From Callorhinchus milii (taxonomy: Eukaryota): DNA of 64,000 bases. Shown here in pieces: positions 38,888 to 52,100 of this stretch. Below the pieces are notes generated by a model. The model was not told where the DNA came from, did not search any database, and saw only the letters and a list, made by a program, of their open reading frames with translations. The number at the start of each line of letters is the position of its first letter. Position 1 is the first letter of the stretch. Position numbers and translations under genes: made by a program. The DNA lies in NCBI RefSeq assembly GCF_018977255.1, contig NW_024704743.1, forward strand, positions 97,218,001-97,282,000, written 5' to 3'.

Positions 38888-39285
38888 TGTAGATCCATCT
38901 CAAGACCCTCCTCTTTGTCCGTGCTTTTGATCTCCCTGATTGCTCCCCGCCCTCCACCCTCCGCGACCGCTGACCCCCATCTCGGGTCCGTAACTCTATC
39001 TGTCCAGTGCCTTGGGATAATAATAATAATAATAATAATCCTTGCATTTGACATAGCGCTTTTCACGTCGGGAGGACGTCCCAAAGCGCTTTACAGAACA
39101 CACTGTAAAGTGAATGGACTCTATATTTGTGGGCGAATGCGGCAGTCAATTGCGCACAGCAATGTCCCACAAACAGCGTAGATTGAAAATGAACAATTTA
39201 TTATTGTTTTTGGTTTTGGAAGGATTATTATTGTCCTCCTGACGTGAAAGGTTCTTTACAAATGTAATTTTGTTGTTGTTGTTGA
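38888..39285 (+). mobile_element. L2 3' end split by an antisense SINE fragment (39017-39232)
   Basis: The GCCTTGGGA|TGTCCTCCTGACGTGAAAGG tail is interrupted by the SINE. Confidence 0.82.
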
Positions 39286-39571
39286 CACTCAAATACAATA
39301 GCTGTAGCCAATACAGTGAGCTGCATTATTGAAAATGCGTTCTTCAGATGAAATATTAAACCAAGATCCTAACTACTAGTTCAGGTGAATACTAAAGATC
39401 CCAATAATACTATTCAAAAGGAGAAGCATTTCTTCCTGGTGTCCTGGCCAACAATTCCTCAAATAAAATTGGTAATTTATCTCCTGGCTGTTTATGGGAT
39501 ACTGTTGTGTGCAAATTGGCCTGCCATGTTCACCTAGAAAATATACAGTCTCTGTACTTTGTAGTAAATCC

Positions 39572-40066
39572 TTTGCGACCACATCACTCCCACCCTCGCT
39601 CGCCTCCACTGGCTCCCCATCCCCCAGAGGAGCGAATTCAAGATCCTCATCCTCACCTACAAGGCCATTCACGGCCTTGCTCCCTCCTACCTCTCCGACC
39701 TACTATCCCACTACTTACCTGCCCGTACTATCCGTTCCTCTGGCTCTGGTCTGCTCCACATCCCCCGCCCTAACCGCCCTACCATCGGTGGCTGGGCCTT
39801 CAGCCTCTCAGCCCCGAGGCTCTGGAACTCCATCCCCCAGTGCCTTCGCCTTGCTTCCTCCCTTTCCTCCTTCAAGGCCGGTCTCAAGACCTTTGTCTTT
39901 GATCGTGCCTTCAGCTCCCCTCTCAACTCTCTAACCCCTCCTCGCTCCCTCCCTTCCCTCCCCTCACCCTGACCATTTCCCCCTTGCTCAGGTCCCGACC
40001 CAACTGTCCAGCGCCTTGGGATGTCCTCCCGACGTGAAAGGCGCTCTATAAATGAAATCTTGTTGT
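39572..40066 (+). mobile_element. L2 LINE 3' fragment
   Basis: HITPTLARLHWLPIPQR..FKIL-type frame and the tail GCGCCTTGGGATGTCCTCCCGACGTGAAAGGCGCTCTATAAATG. Confidence 0.88.
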
Positions 40067-40763
40067 AAAATGCTTTGATACGTCCTTCTGACACGAAAGG
40101 CGCTATATCAAATGCAAGGATTATTATTAATAAGCCTCACAATTGGGTAAGCATCGGCTTGAATGTCTGTTTGCTGCTAAAGCAGACGGACCAGAAAGCT
40201 ACAGGGCAACTCCTACTTTGTGCCGAGTTCACTGATCACAACCTGGGCAGCAGATGGCATGTTACTCTTGGCCCGGGTTAAAGAGAAGAAACATTAGCCG
40301 GGTTTCTAGGAGAGCATGACATTCCACCTGTCTCAGCTATAAGACCATTTTGTCTTAAAAGTTGAGAAACTTAAAATCATACAGTCTCTGGTTGCTTTAT
40401 AAGCGCTCCGGGACACCGTCCGGCGTGAGGCGTGCTATGTAAATGCAACTTGTTGTTGATGCTTTCCAGAGACCACCGTTTAAAACGTGTAAATGTATGA
40501 ATAATGGGTGAAATCTCAGGCTCGGCTGTGAGGCACCCCACCCCCGTGGTCATGTCACCTGCTGATATTTACTGTGAAGGTCAAACAAATAGCTGTTGGG
40601 TAAGATAACAGAGGGCAACCAGCAACCAAAAATAGTACCACTAACCCAGAGCCAATGCTGTCCATCACATCAGAAGAAAGTGACCATAAAAATCATCACA
40701 ATGAAAAATCAAGTTGTGTTGTTCAAAACAAAAGTGTTTTATATTAACATCTAGGAGTTAAGT

Positions 40764-41005
40764 GGCCCAAATTCCACCCTCCGATCCACCCATTAGGCCC
40801 TTTGTCTTTAAACTTTAAGATTGCATGGAATTATACAGCATTTTTAAATTCATGCTTAATCTAGAAGCCAATTTTCCCGCAGTTTTTTTAAGAAGGGGCA
40901 GCTTCCCCAAATTAAGATTGAATTTAAGAATTTTCCACATGTCTCCGCAATCTTAAATTTTACGACAAAAGAATTTCACAGGCCGACTAGGTGAAATTTC
41001 AGACC
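40764..41005. mobile_element. Fold-back MITE-like element (~240 bp), representative copy
   Basis: Termini GGCCCAAATTCCACC and GGTGAAATTTCAGACC, with internal inverted arms (TTAAATTCA..CTTAAT.T.GAAGC / GCTTCC..AATTAAGATTGAATTTAAG). Several more copies occur in the window. Confidence 0.72.
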
Positions 41006-41931
41006 AGATATTAGCGAACAGATTTTGAAACAACACGTCTCCTGGTAGCGGGAAGTGTGTCACGTTTACTTGCAGAAACTCCATTCTGACATGATCCACT
41101 TCCCAAATGGAGTTCCTGTGGATCAATTGTGAGGCACCTTGGAGTTGCTATTTATAACTGTTTGAGAATATCAGGGTTTAGATCCCATTACCTACGCCCA
41201 ATAGAAACTCTCTCTTCAATCACAGCTAACATTTGTCAATTTCTTTCCACTTCAGTGGAATAAACGGTGTGTATAGCACTACGATAATAATAATCCTTGC
41301 ATTTGATAATAGCGCCTTATCACATCTTCTAGACATCTCAAAGTGCTCCACAGCATATAGTGTGAAGTGAATTGACTGTATATTTTGTGGTCTAAACTTG
41401 ACAGCCAATTGAGCACAGTAGTGTCCCACAAACAGTCTTTTCTGATCTGCATCAGTGCTTCAGAAAGAGACATTACCCCTCCGTTTTTCAGTACACTGAC
41501 AGACATGTTGGCAGCCTGGATATTTGTGCTGATTCTTCAGCAGTCATATTTTTATAGTTCAGCTATTGTAGAAGAAACAATTACTAGTGAAGTATTAATT
41601 TCCCATTGTTTAGTCTGCTCCGAACAAAAAGAACAGGAACTCTGGCAAACGCTCACCATGCCTCCTGTAATTCAATGGGATTTCCGTCAATAGATCTGAG
41701 GTTGTTAACTTTGTGCTTTATAACTATGCTGTGCAGATTCATAAAACATTGATTGCCATAGTGTTCACGCAGAGAATCATTCACGGTAACAATTGACTGG
41801 TATGAACATACTTACTGTATTACAAAAGAAAATGCACAAGACAATTATGGGGAAAGTGTAGAAAATAACTTCATCAACATCGATTGGTCGACTAATAACT
41901 AGACTGTTCATAGTATCATGGGTGTTGCTAT

Positions 41932-42330
41932 AATAATAATGATGATCCTTGCATTTGGCATAATGCCTTATTGTGTCATCAGGATGTCTCAAAGTGCTTC
42001 ACAGAAATTACTGTGAAATGGAGTGCCTGTGTATTTGTAGGCAAACGCGGCAGCACAATTGCGCACACCAATGTTCCACAAATAGCCATGAAACGAGTGA
42101 CCAATTTTATTTGGGGATTGTTGGCCACAACACCGGGAGAAACTCCGTTCTCTTTTCAAAGAATGCCATGGGATCTATAACATCCTCTTGAACAGGCAGA
42201 CGGTTGCCAATGCAACACATCCCCAGCACTGTTTTGGAGTGTCAGCTTACACTGTGTGAGAGTTCAAGTACCGACATGTGATTTGAGCCCACAACTCAAA
42301 AGGTGAGAATGCTACCACTGAGCCAAGCTG
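41932..42330 (-). mobile_element. Old Deu-domain SINE
   Basis: Reverse complement of the 55125-55525 family, including TGCCATGGGATCTATAACATCC and the head CCACTGAGCCA. Confidence 0.78.
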
Positions 42331-43446
42331 ACACACAGTACGTTGTCTGATAAGCTCCATGGTCTTCCAATAACTATCAACTTTCAGATCTTGTTCTTAT
42401 CTTCAAATCCCTTCACAAGTTCACCTCTCCTTATCAATGCAATCTTTTCCAGTCCTATTCTTTTGCCCTCTTCTGATTCTGCTCTACTGCTCACTCATCA
42501 TTCTTTCTATCCCATGTGGCCGAATCTTCAGCAATCATTCCTTTCCCCTACGTCCCTCTTCCATAACCTCTTTGCCTTGCTTCATCTAAGCTGTCTCCAA
42601 AACCCTCCTAAAAATATACCTCTTCAACCCTTATTGTTCCCCTTTCCTGTTAATGCTCCTTTATTATATCTTTACATCCATCCTACATAAAAAGGTGCTC
42701 TACAATTCTCTGCAAGTTGTTGTTTCAAAATGATTTGAAAATGTCTGCAGATGTAAAGCAATCAGATTGTTTCCCATCACGGACTGAGTTTTTTTTCCAG
42801 TTTGTTTGTTTCCCATCACGGACTGAGTTTTACTAACCTGTGCCAAATGGCAACTAACTTTTTATGTTTTTATGTACCAGCAGCGAAACCCAACCTTTAA
42901 TGTGAAAAAAATATAATGATGCAATTCAACAGGATTTAAGGGATTAGTTTACAGGGCGGATTAAGCAGAAACCAAAACAATTTTGCACTGTCTACATTCA
43001 TAAAGCTAGGATACTATCATTTCCTTCTCAATCATGTGCCTGCAACTGTACTAAATATGTTTTGTTGTTTCAACACCTCATCGGCATTTAATCAATACTA
43101 TACGGTCATCATAAACAACATTTTCTTTTACTTCCTGTTTTTCACATGAGATCATGGATTAGGAGAAATTTAGGAGAAGGAAGCTGTTGAGATGTGGTCT
43201 CAACTTCAAAAGACCCACGTGGTTTGTAGGAATATATTAACAAAACTAATCAAACAGAAGTTCACTTCTTGATGCAATTGACTGTAAGTCAAAAGTAGCT
43301 TTTTTATTTCTGAACGTATCACGGTTGCAGTACCATTTTGAATATTTTGGGCAATTTTGCACGCCAAATCTACAAAAGGATATTAATGTAGAGCTATAGG
43401 GAGAGACACAGTTATGAGGAGAGATGCAGAATTGAAACTAAATTTA

Positions 43447-43773
43447 TAATAATAATAATCCTTGCATTTGATATAGCGCTTTTCACGTCGGAAAGACGTC
43501 CCAAAGTGCTTCACAGAACACACTGTAAAGTGAATTGACTGTATATATATTTGTGGGCGAAAGAAGCAGCCAATTGCGCACAGCAATGTCCCATAAACAG
43601 TCGTAGATTGAAAATGACCAATTTTTAATTATTGCTTTTGGTTTTGGAGGGATTATTATTAGGCTCTGTGTGGAGTAAGGAAACTTGCCCAAGGTTTCGC
43701 CCTCTGGCTGGAATTGAACTCAGGTCTCTCGCTTGCAAAGCGAGTGCTCTAACCACTGAGCTACAGGACTCCA
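43447..43773 (-). mobile_element. Full-length tRNA(Ala)-derived SINE, young short subfamily
   Basis: Same consensus as 1391-1716. Confidence 0.92.
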
Positions 43774-43949
43774 CCAATTTAAAACAAACCAAGAAATAAG
43801 CCAACACTGAACCTAAATAAACAATTGAATTAGGTTTTATTTGAACACAACGGCTGACAGACCAAGCCTAACTCACTGTACACTTGGTTTTAGTGTAAAG
43901 ATGAGGGTGAACATGATCCAGATGCTTTACAATGCTGAGAGGTTGATGT

Positions 43950-44642
43950 TCATCCTTTCTACCCCACATCTGCACCATGATCCACTCTGCCTTCCCCCAC
44001 CTCTGCAACGTCACCCGGCTCCGACACTGTCTCACACCGCAGGCCACAGAAACCCTCATACATGTCTTCATTACATTGAGGTTCGACTATGCAAACTCCC
44101 TGCTTGTCGGCCTCCCCAACTCCTCCCTCCACAGGCTGCAGCCTGTGTCCTCTTCTGCACTAGGCTCCGCGACCCTATCACCCCCATTCTTGCCCAGCAC
44201 TACTGGCTTCCCATCACACAGAGGATACAGTTCAAGATCCTGGTTTTCACCTTCAAAACCCTCCACAGTTTTGCTTCCTCTACCTATCCGACCTCCTAAC
44301 CTGCTACCACCCTGTTCGCTCCCTCCTCTCAGCGGGCTCTGCCCTGCTTCACATCCCCCGCCTTGCTCGCCCCACTATCAGCGGGCGGGCCTTCCGCCAC
44401 TCTGCAATTCCATCCCGCAGTCCCTCCATCTCATCCCCTCACTCGCCACCTTCAAGATCCACCTCAAGACCCTCCTCTTCAACAGTACTTTCGTTCTCCC
44501 TGCTTTCCCCACTGCCCTCCCCCCTTCCCCACCCCGACCCTCAGCTCGGGTCCGTAACTCTGTTTGTCCAGCACCTTGGGATGTCCTCCCGATGTGAAAG
44601 GCGCTATACAAATGTAATTTTGTTGTTGCTGTTGTTGTTGTT
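43950..44642 (+). mobile_element. L2 LINE 3' fragment
   Basis: ORF 43977..44597 begins with L2 ORF2-like sequence ([25 protein letters not shown]); (TTG)n tail. Confidence 0.88.
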
Positions 44643-47404
44643 CATGAAAACTGGCCATATGAGAGCAGGACTAGAAATTATACATTTAAAAGCCTAACCT
44701 CAAGTTTAGACTTTTCCAGTGCTCGCTGATCTCCCTTTCTATTCTCCACAATCTCCAACCCATCTAAACTTCTGGAGCCCATAAGCCTTCACAAACTAGA
44801 CTGTACACAAGCATCACTCCACCTTCACCAGGCCCCACTGGCCCCCAGGACCCCAACAAATTGACATTAGAATCCTCATTTTGACCTTCAAACCCTTTCA
44901 TGTTCTGTCTAGCATACACCTAACCGACAGATTAATGGATAAAGTCCTCATACATGGCTCTGGGATTCTTTATTAAGGGATGCCATTAAGAATTACCACA
45001 ATTTAGACTCATTAAAGGGGGGAAAACTTTGCTTATTAAGAGCAATCAAGATCCTCGTTATAAACAAGTTTAAATTCTTACCAGTGTGCCTGTCAAGGAA
45101 GAGTATTATCCAGCGAGAGTTGCAAAGACATTGAGACAGTCAAGTCAGTGAAATAAGCATCTGTCTATCCTGTACCGTGTCTCTGCTCTACAGAGGGCAC
45201 GATACTGCAGCCCGAGAGAGGGTCAACAGAGGGTCCTCCCCACCCCCCCACCCATGTTATTGGTTTCATAATTAACTTTAAGGTACTGCAAAACCACACG
45301 CCAATAGTCTGGGCCACATTCCATAAACAGAGGCCCTGCTCCGCAAACCACAGCAAATTGTTCAGTGCTTAGTGACAACATTGCTCTGTGATAACATTGG
45401 TCACTCAAATACAGCAATTACTTGAGTAATCAGTGTCTTCATCTGCACGCATTGGAGCATGGCTCACAGAGGGGAAAGAACGAGCATTTGCTATATACTT
45501 TGTTGAGATGTCTTAAAGTGCTTCACAGAATATACTGTAAAGTGAATTGACTGTATTTTGTGGGCGAAATGCAGCAATCAGTTGTGCAAAGTAATGTCCC
45601 GCAAACAGCCATGGAGTGAGTGACCATATTTTTTATTTTTGAGGGGACTGTTGGGCAGGAGACTGAAAGAAACTCCCTTCACTTTTCAAATAGTGCCATG
45701 GGATCTTTAACATCCACCTGAACAGGCAGCTGGGACCTTGGTTTAAAGTCTCACCCGGAGGACGGAATCTATGGATTAATATACTCTCTTTCCACCAGTT
45801 ATTAAATTTGGATCACTCCCATAAATAGTATCAAGGATGCCACTGGAGATATAATTTATGCTAGAAGTCACCGTGAATGTTTTGTCTGAACAAGATCTGC
45901 ACATTAAAAAAATGTTTTCCTTCTCCCTGCCAAATCTAACAATAACAAATGAATTACATTTTCCAAAGTGTTTTGATTGAAGGATCCTTCTGTAATCTTA
46001 AGGGGCCAATTTTATTTTACTGACAGGTCTCCAAGTCTTACAGCAAAAAGCTGTTTGGGGTTGCTTCCAGGGCAAGATGTCAGCATAGCTCAGTTGTTCG
46101 GACTTTGCCTATTGTAAGTTCAACCATGTTAAATGTTGAGCACATAATTTTTTGCCTACAAAATACAGTCACCAAATTTTACAGTTGAGTGAAGTGGTTT
46201 GAGATGTCCTCCTGATGTCAAAGGCGCTATATCAAATGCAAGGAGTATTTTTGTTAATCAGTATTATTCTTAATCTAGACTGGCACTACTGGGCAGTCCT
46301 GGGAGAGAGCTGCACTTTAAGATGTTACTAGTACTATATCAAATGCAAAAGGTTCCTTTGCTTAAAACTTAATGGGCTAGACTAGTAAATTGTGACTGAT
46401 CTATCGGTGAGGAATTAAATCGGTGAGCTGCCTTGAGAATGCACAGCACATGACCAGGGCACTGCTCTTTGTAAGGCTCTGCCTTCCATTCATTTAGCTG
46501 TAAAACTGAAGCACAACAAGTTTAAGGCAAGGGTCATCAGCTTTTGTATTTCATTGGACTCAAGCGAGCTATAAGAACATCCAGCAGTGATACCAAGTGA
46601 AGCACTGCCCTGCCATGAGCCACTGGAACAATAGGAATAATAAAAATAATAAACTGCACATTGGATTTGGCATCTTTCATGTTCAAATTACCTCAGTTAA
46701 TTACTTTAGATGGTATATCATCAGCTGATCTTGTCTAGGGGTTAGTTCAATTGTATAATAATGGTACAGAATTATCCCATTGTATTAACACACTGCCCTC
46801 AATAACAATAACAGTGGTTTTCATCTATCCGTCAGCATGACCCACTTCCCTCCCTCTCCCGACTCTGCGATCTGAAATGCTTGCGACAGTCACTGGATTT
46901 TCAGAACACAATTTTAAGTCTCTTCTCAAGAGCTGCAGAAAAACAGCTTCCAAATTAAGACTGAATCTTAAGAATTTTCCAAACTTCTGCATGATTAGAC
47001 CAAGGCAAATGATAGGGAGCTGAGCTGGGGCTTCAAGTTCCTGCAACAAATGCACAAATAATACTAGCAGAGAGAAAGTTAGAAAGAGAGAGACAGTGCA
47101 TATCAATAACATTTAGAAAACCTTGAATTAAAAGTTTATTTTAGACTTGTTTTCGGAGTCTGAAAATGAGAGTTGATTCTTGTTTTTAGCAGCAGATTTG
47201 TAAGTGTTTGTTTAGTTGGCTCACTTGGGATGATATCATTCATGTTAATGCCTGTGACCAAAAGGCAGACTGAAATAGGCATGTTTGGTCCCTCAGCATT
47301 TTCTGAAATATTAAGGGTAATTATTCTTAAATGCTTAATTTTTTCAATCTCCCACTTCTGCTTATATTTTAACAAAATTCTAGATTTTTTGGCTGGCTTT
47401 TTGC

Positions 47405-47537
47405 CTTATAGGAGATATGGGGATAGGGCAGGTAATTAGAGTGAGGTCTGAAGATCAGCCATGATCGTATCGAATGGTGGGGCAGGCTCAAGGGGCCGAA
47501 TGGCCTACTCCTGCTCCTAATTCTTATGTTCTTATGC
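47405..47537 (+). mobile_element. CR1-type 3' tail fragment
   Basis: GATCAGCCATGATC...GGGGCCGAATGGCCTACTCCTGCTCCTAATTCTTATGTTCTTATG; same family as 13077-13401. Confidence 0.82.
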
Positions 47538-48718
47538 TGTTAAACTTGGCTTAATATAATTGGGTATTATAGGGATATCAGTACCAGACTGAAGGTTAAT
47601 ATTGCAAACACTCAAAAATGTTATATTTTGTCCTAAAGCTGATCCATCTTCCTCTGCTCTGCCAACTCAGCTTGCTTCATATCACCCGCCCCTCTCCACA
47701 AACAATAGTTCATTTCATTGCTGTTTTGGGGATGACGTTGTGGCAGATTACCAGCTTGGTTACCTCCATAGTATCGGTTACCTCCATAGTATCACAATTC
47801 ACAGTGTATTGTAGTTCTAACGTGACATCAAACACAAATATTAATCATTAATCAGTGCATTTTTTTAAAAAAAGGGAAAACCTCTTCTGAATATCATCCT
47901 GCTGATTATCGTGTTTGTGGAATATGTCCCATCTCAGAGCAAAAGACAGAAATACGTGTCATTGAGACTGAATCCGCTGACAAGGCCAGGATTCCCCATC
48001 TCCCCCATCCCAAGCCCCATATCTGGATCAGAAACAGGAACATTTCGTGCATGTATTTAACCAAGGACTATGATAACATTTTGGGATAAAAATAAGAAAG
48101 TTGAAATTTGCTAGTCATTTAGAAAATTGAGAACAGAGTCCTTGTGTAAGGAGATTCTGTAACCCCAAACTTTTCATGTTCTTAGTCTTAAGAAGACAGT
48201 TGTCTTAACATTTAAGAACATTGAGAATTTTGGAACACCTTCTTTAAATTCAGTCTTAAGTTGGAAGCTGATTTTCCTCAGTTCCTATAAAGGAGGAACT
48301 GGGAAGAAAAATCATCCTCCAAAATAAGATTGAATTTAAGGTTATTTTCCAAAATTCTGTATGGTCTTAAGCATTGGAAAAGGAGAAATTTCACAAGGAT
48401 GCAGAGGCCTGGAATTCGAACCTTAGCTTGTAGGATGATGTAAGATCACGCACAATTGTGGAAAAATCTTAAATTCATTTTTAAAAATTCTTAAATTCAG
48501 TCTTAATTTGGAAACCTGCTTTCTGCAATTCCTAAAATGACCAGGCTTCCAAATCAAGTCTTAGAAGAAAACAGAAGCATTTATATTAAACTTTTGGAAA
48601 CAATGTCTAACACTCCAGAACAACCTGTGAGCAGATAAATAATGCCAATGTTAATTCAATCAAAACAGCAACTTGCACAAAATCTCTCTGTAGAATCCAG
48701 TGTCATGTACGTACTCAC

Positions 48719-48796
48719 CCTGGCTGACTGCTGTCCCGATAGGGCATTACTGAAAACACTGAGCAGAAGGATCGCTTGCCACTGATTAGCACTATC
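48719..48796 (-). CDS. CABLES1: CABLES1 exon 4 (78 nt)
   Basis: atag|G...GG|gtgagt; encodes IVLISGKRSFCSVFSVMPYRDSSQP(G). Confidence 0.95.
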
Positions 48797-48901
48797 CTAT
48801 AAAAGGAGAAATGAACAGTCACTCATGTTTACGTTCACTGTTCTGGCAAACACAACAATAAGATTATCTTTTCGTGAGCTGTACTCTACAGGTGAATATG
48901 T

Positions 48902-49190
48902 GGAGTCCTGTAACATATTGGTTAGAGCACTCACCTCCCAGGCGAGAGGAGCCGGGTACCAATCCCGGGCATGGAGAAACCTTTGTCAAGTTTCCTTACT
49001 CCACATTTGAATTTGGTCATTCAATCCACGACTGTTTGTGGGACATTGCCGTATGCAATTGGCTGCCGCATTTTGTCCACAAAAATATGCAGCCAATTCA
49101 CTTAACAGTATATTCTGTGAAGCGCTTTGAGACGTCTTGGCAACGTGATAACACACTATTTCAAAACCCAAGGATTATTATTATTATTAT
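48902..49190 (+). mobile_element. tRNA-derived SINE (diverged)
   Basis: GGAGTCCTGTAAC..TTGGTTAGAGCACTC head through the (ATT)n tail. Further copies or partial copies at about 250-385, 4477-4720, 17740-17910, 36165-36320, 41284-41440, 49753-49912 and 62048-62355. Confidence 0.85.
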
Positions 49191-52100
49191 TGTGTCTCTT
49201 TAGTAAAAGGGTGAAAGATACGTGGAACAAATTACCAGAACAGTTGGAAGAATGAGGAGCTTTTTGAAAAAGGGTTTCAAAGAGAAACAGGATAAGTTTG
49301 CCGAAAGTAAATAGATTCAGGGTTATTGGATGATGAGAAAGATGTGTCGAAGGAATTTTTAAAAGGATGGATGGTCAGCTTGATCAGTGTTTGTCAACCT
49401 TTTTGACACGAGGGACCGGTGTCAACAAGGTTGAGAAACACTAATCAAGCCAATACATCTCCTTAAAAGGTGGTGCACAGCATGAAAAAGGGTCATGAGT
49501 GAAGCAGCATAACACAGCTTCCTGGACTTCCTCCACTACAGCAATCGGTTACTTTGTTTCATGCAGATGGTCAAACAAAGCCAGAAGGGAACAGTGCAAG
49601 ATAATTGCTAGTCCATTGCCAATTATTCCACTCAGATACAGCTCACCTTACTGTCATACACACAAACCAAACCCGGCATTGGATCTTACGAAATGAACCT
49701 GTTAGGTCACAAGATCTAGATACACCTGGCATGGTCCGGTCATGAATAGCTTCTACGACTGTTTGTGGGACATTGCTGTGCGCAATTGGCTGCCGCGTTC
49801 GCCCACAAATATACAGTCAATTCACTTTACAGTGTGTTCTGTGAAGCGCTTTGGGATGTCCTCCTGACATGAAAAGCGCTATATCAAATGCAAGGATTAT
49901 TATTATTATTATATAGCTTTCAAAAAGGAACTGGATCAATAACTAAAAAGAAGCAGACTACAGGGAAATGGGGAAGGGCAGGTAATGGGACTGAAAGGAT
50001 CGCTATTAAAAGACCCAGCACAGACACAATGGGCCAAATGGCCTTCTTTGCAATAAATGTCTGTGGTTCTATATAGCACTGTGTACACAATGAGTAATAG
50101 TATATAGCACTGTGTACACAATGAGTAGTATAGCTACTGTATATTGTTACTCTACAGTATGTAATAAATTAACTATACTGTTCACATACATATTAAATAA
50201 TACAATAGCTAGGATATTACTTTATTCAATGAGGATACTATTGGACAGGGATTCTAAAACTTTGTCACGGTGAGCCTCCCTAAGCCAAGAAAGAAAGATA
50301 ATTGTGCTTCTCCACAGTTCAACACAACAACATTAAGAACCCCCGTCCTCCACAAGAATAAAAGCATCAAAGTAAAAGGGCTGCAAACAACATACTTACA
50401 ATAAGATACGAGCATCTAAAGCACCAATTCTACTTCACAAAGCACCCTGCATGCTATCTACAGCTCTGCCCAAAAAAGAGCATAAATGTCAGCAGCCAAA
50501 ACAAAACTGCACAAACACTCCTGAAAATCATACCACCAAACAACTGTAGACCACACAATAGATCAGTATAAGATAAATCGCCATTCATTTTTTAATAGAA
50601 TTGGAATTGGCTTCATAAGTTTCTCTCACAAGTGGCCTCTGAGTCTCACAATCTCCCCCAATTGCAAGGGTGTGTCATACCAGGCAGCAAACATGTGAGA
50701 TAAGAGAGGCCTTCAGTTCTTCTGCCACCATATCACACATTAGAACACTCCGCTATTACAAAGTGTTTCAGGAACTGCTGTAACTCACCAAAACAATGCC
50801 ATAGACTACCAGCCTCTGGCAACTATGGGTCTGCAACTGAGCGTCATCCCAGAGCAAAGTCATAGTTTACATGACTAGGCCATTTGGACATCCTATTCCT
50901 GATTGAACCTGAAATCTCAGCTTTACAGTGAATCAATTAACTCCCAACGTAAACTTTCTTTGCACATCTGGATAATAGTTTAATCAAGTGAGCACAAGAT
51001 TGGGACTAGAGGATTGAAATCGCAGTGGGTCCTGAGTTCAAAACCCCATGGGTCACCTCTACCTTTCAAGGTTTTTGAGTATTGCATCTGAAAATATCCT
51101 CCTTGGATGGGAAGAGATAAGTGAATGTCCCTGAGGTTAGTCTAATTCCCAGTAAACTTGTCTGGATATGACGGGCACATGCACAGTTACCCAAGGCTCT
51201 GTAATGGTTGACTGGCTTGGCCGGCTAATCAATAAGACCTCGAGCTGTAGATATGTCCTCAAGCATGCAAGGCCTCCTTAAGAGGCAGGGCCAAACTGGA
51301 TAAATCTTCTGCTTTGCATTGATAAGTTATGTGGTTTCCAGTAATTGCTTATTTTGATACTAAACATTGCATAAGCATTTACTGAAAGCATTTTATTGTG
51401 TCTGAATACTTGCTAAGCAAATCTTTAAGTAATTAAAAGATATTGAGTCGTGGATTAAAACTCACCTAATTGTTTAGATACAAATGCCAGACAGTCCAAT
51501 GGTTACAATGCAACAATTCCAAACTAAGAATTCCAATGTTGTCTTTGCTAATGATGCAGAATGGAAGTAACAACAAATTGAATTTATATAGAGCCTTTCA
51601 CGTCAGGACGACGTCCCACTAAACCTGCTTTATAAGGAGGATTAATTCAATAGTTTAGCAAAACACATTTTCCTTGCAGATGTCACTTAATCCTGAGTAT
51701 AATTTGTAAATTGTGAGGGATTAATGGTGAGATTGTTTGTACACAGCTCAGAGCTGTAACAGCCTTGCAGCGAATAAGAGGCAGTTTATCCCACTCTTGA
51801 GGGATTTCTTTTGTAGAGACTGTGATTTGGAGGCCAGTTATATCAGATAAATGCATAACTAATTGGTCAAGAAGTATCCTCAATTTTGTTTGGATTGTGC
51901 CTGCTGTTCACTGGGGAAGAATGAGGAATCCTGGATTGTATATTTTCTTAAAGGGTTAGGGTTAGAAAATAACTAGAAAATAACCAAATTCATCCTGCTG
52001 CTCAGCTACTTGACCTAAGAGAATTTGAAGCCATTCCAACCTCATACGGCTACACTCCTTGTGGAAGTCAAATGCGTGCTATACATTCGCCAAGCTTGCA

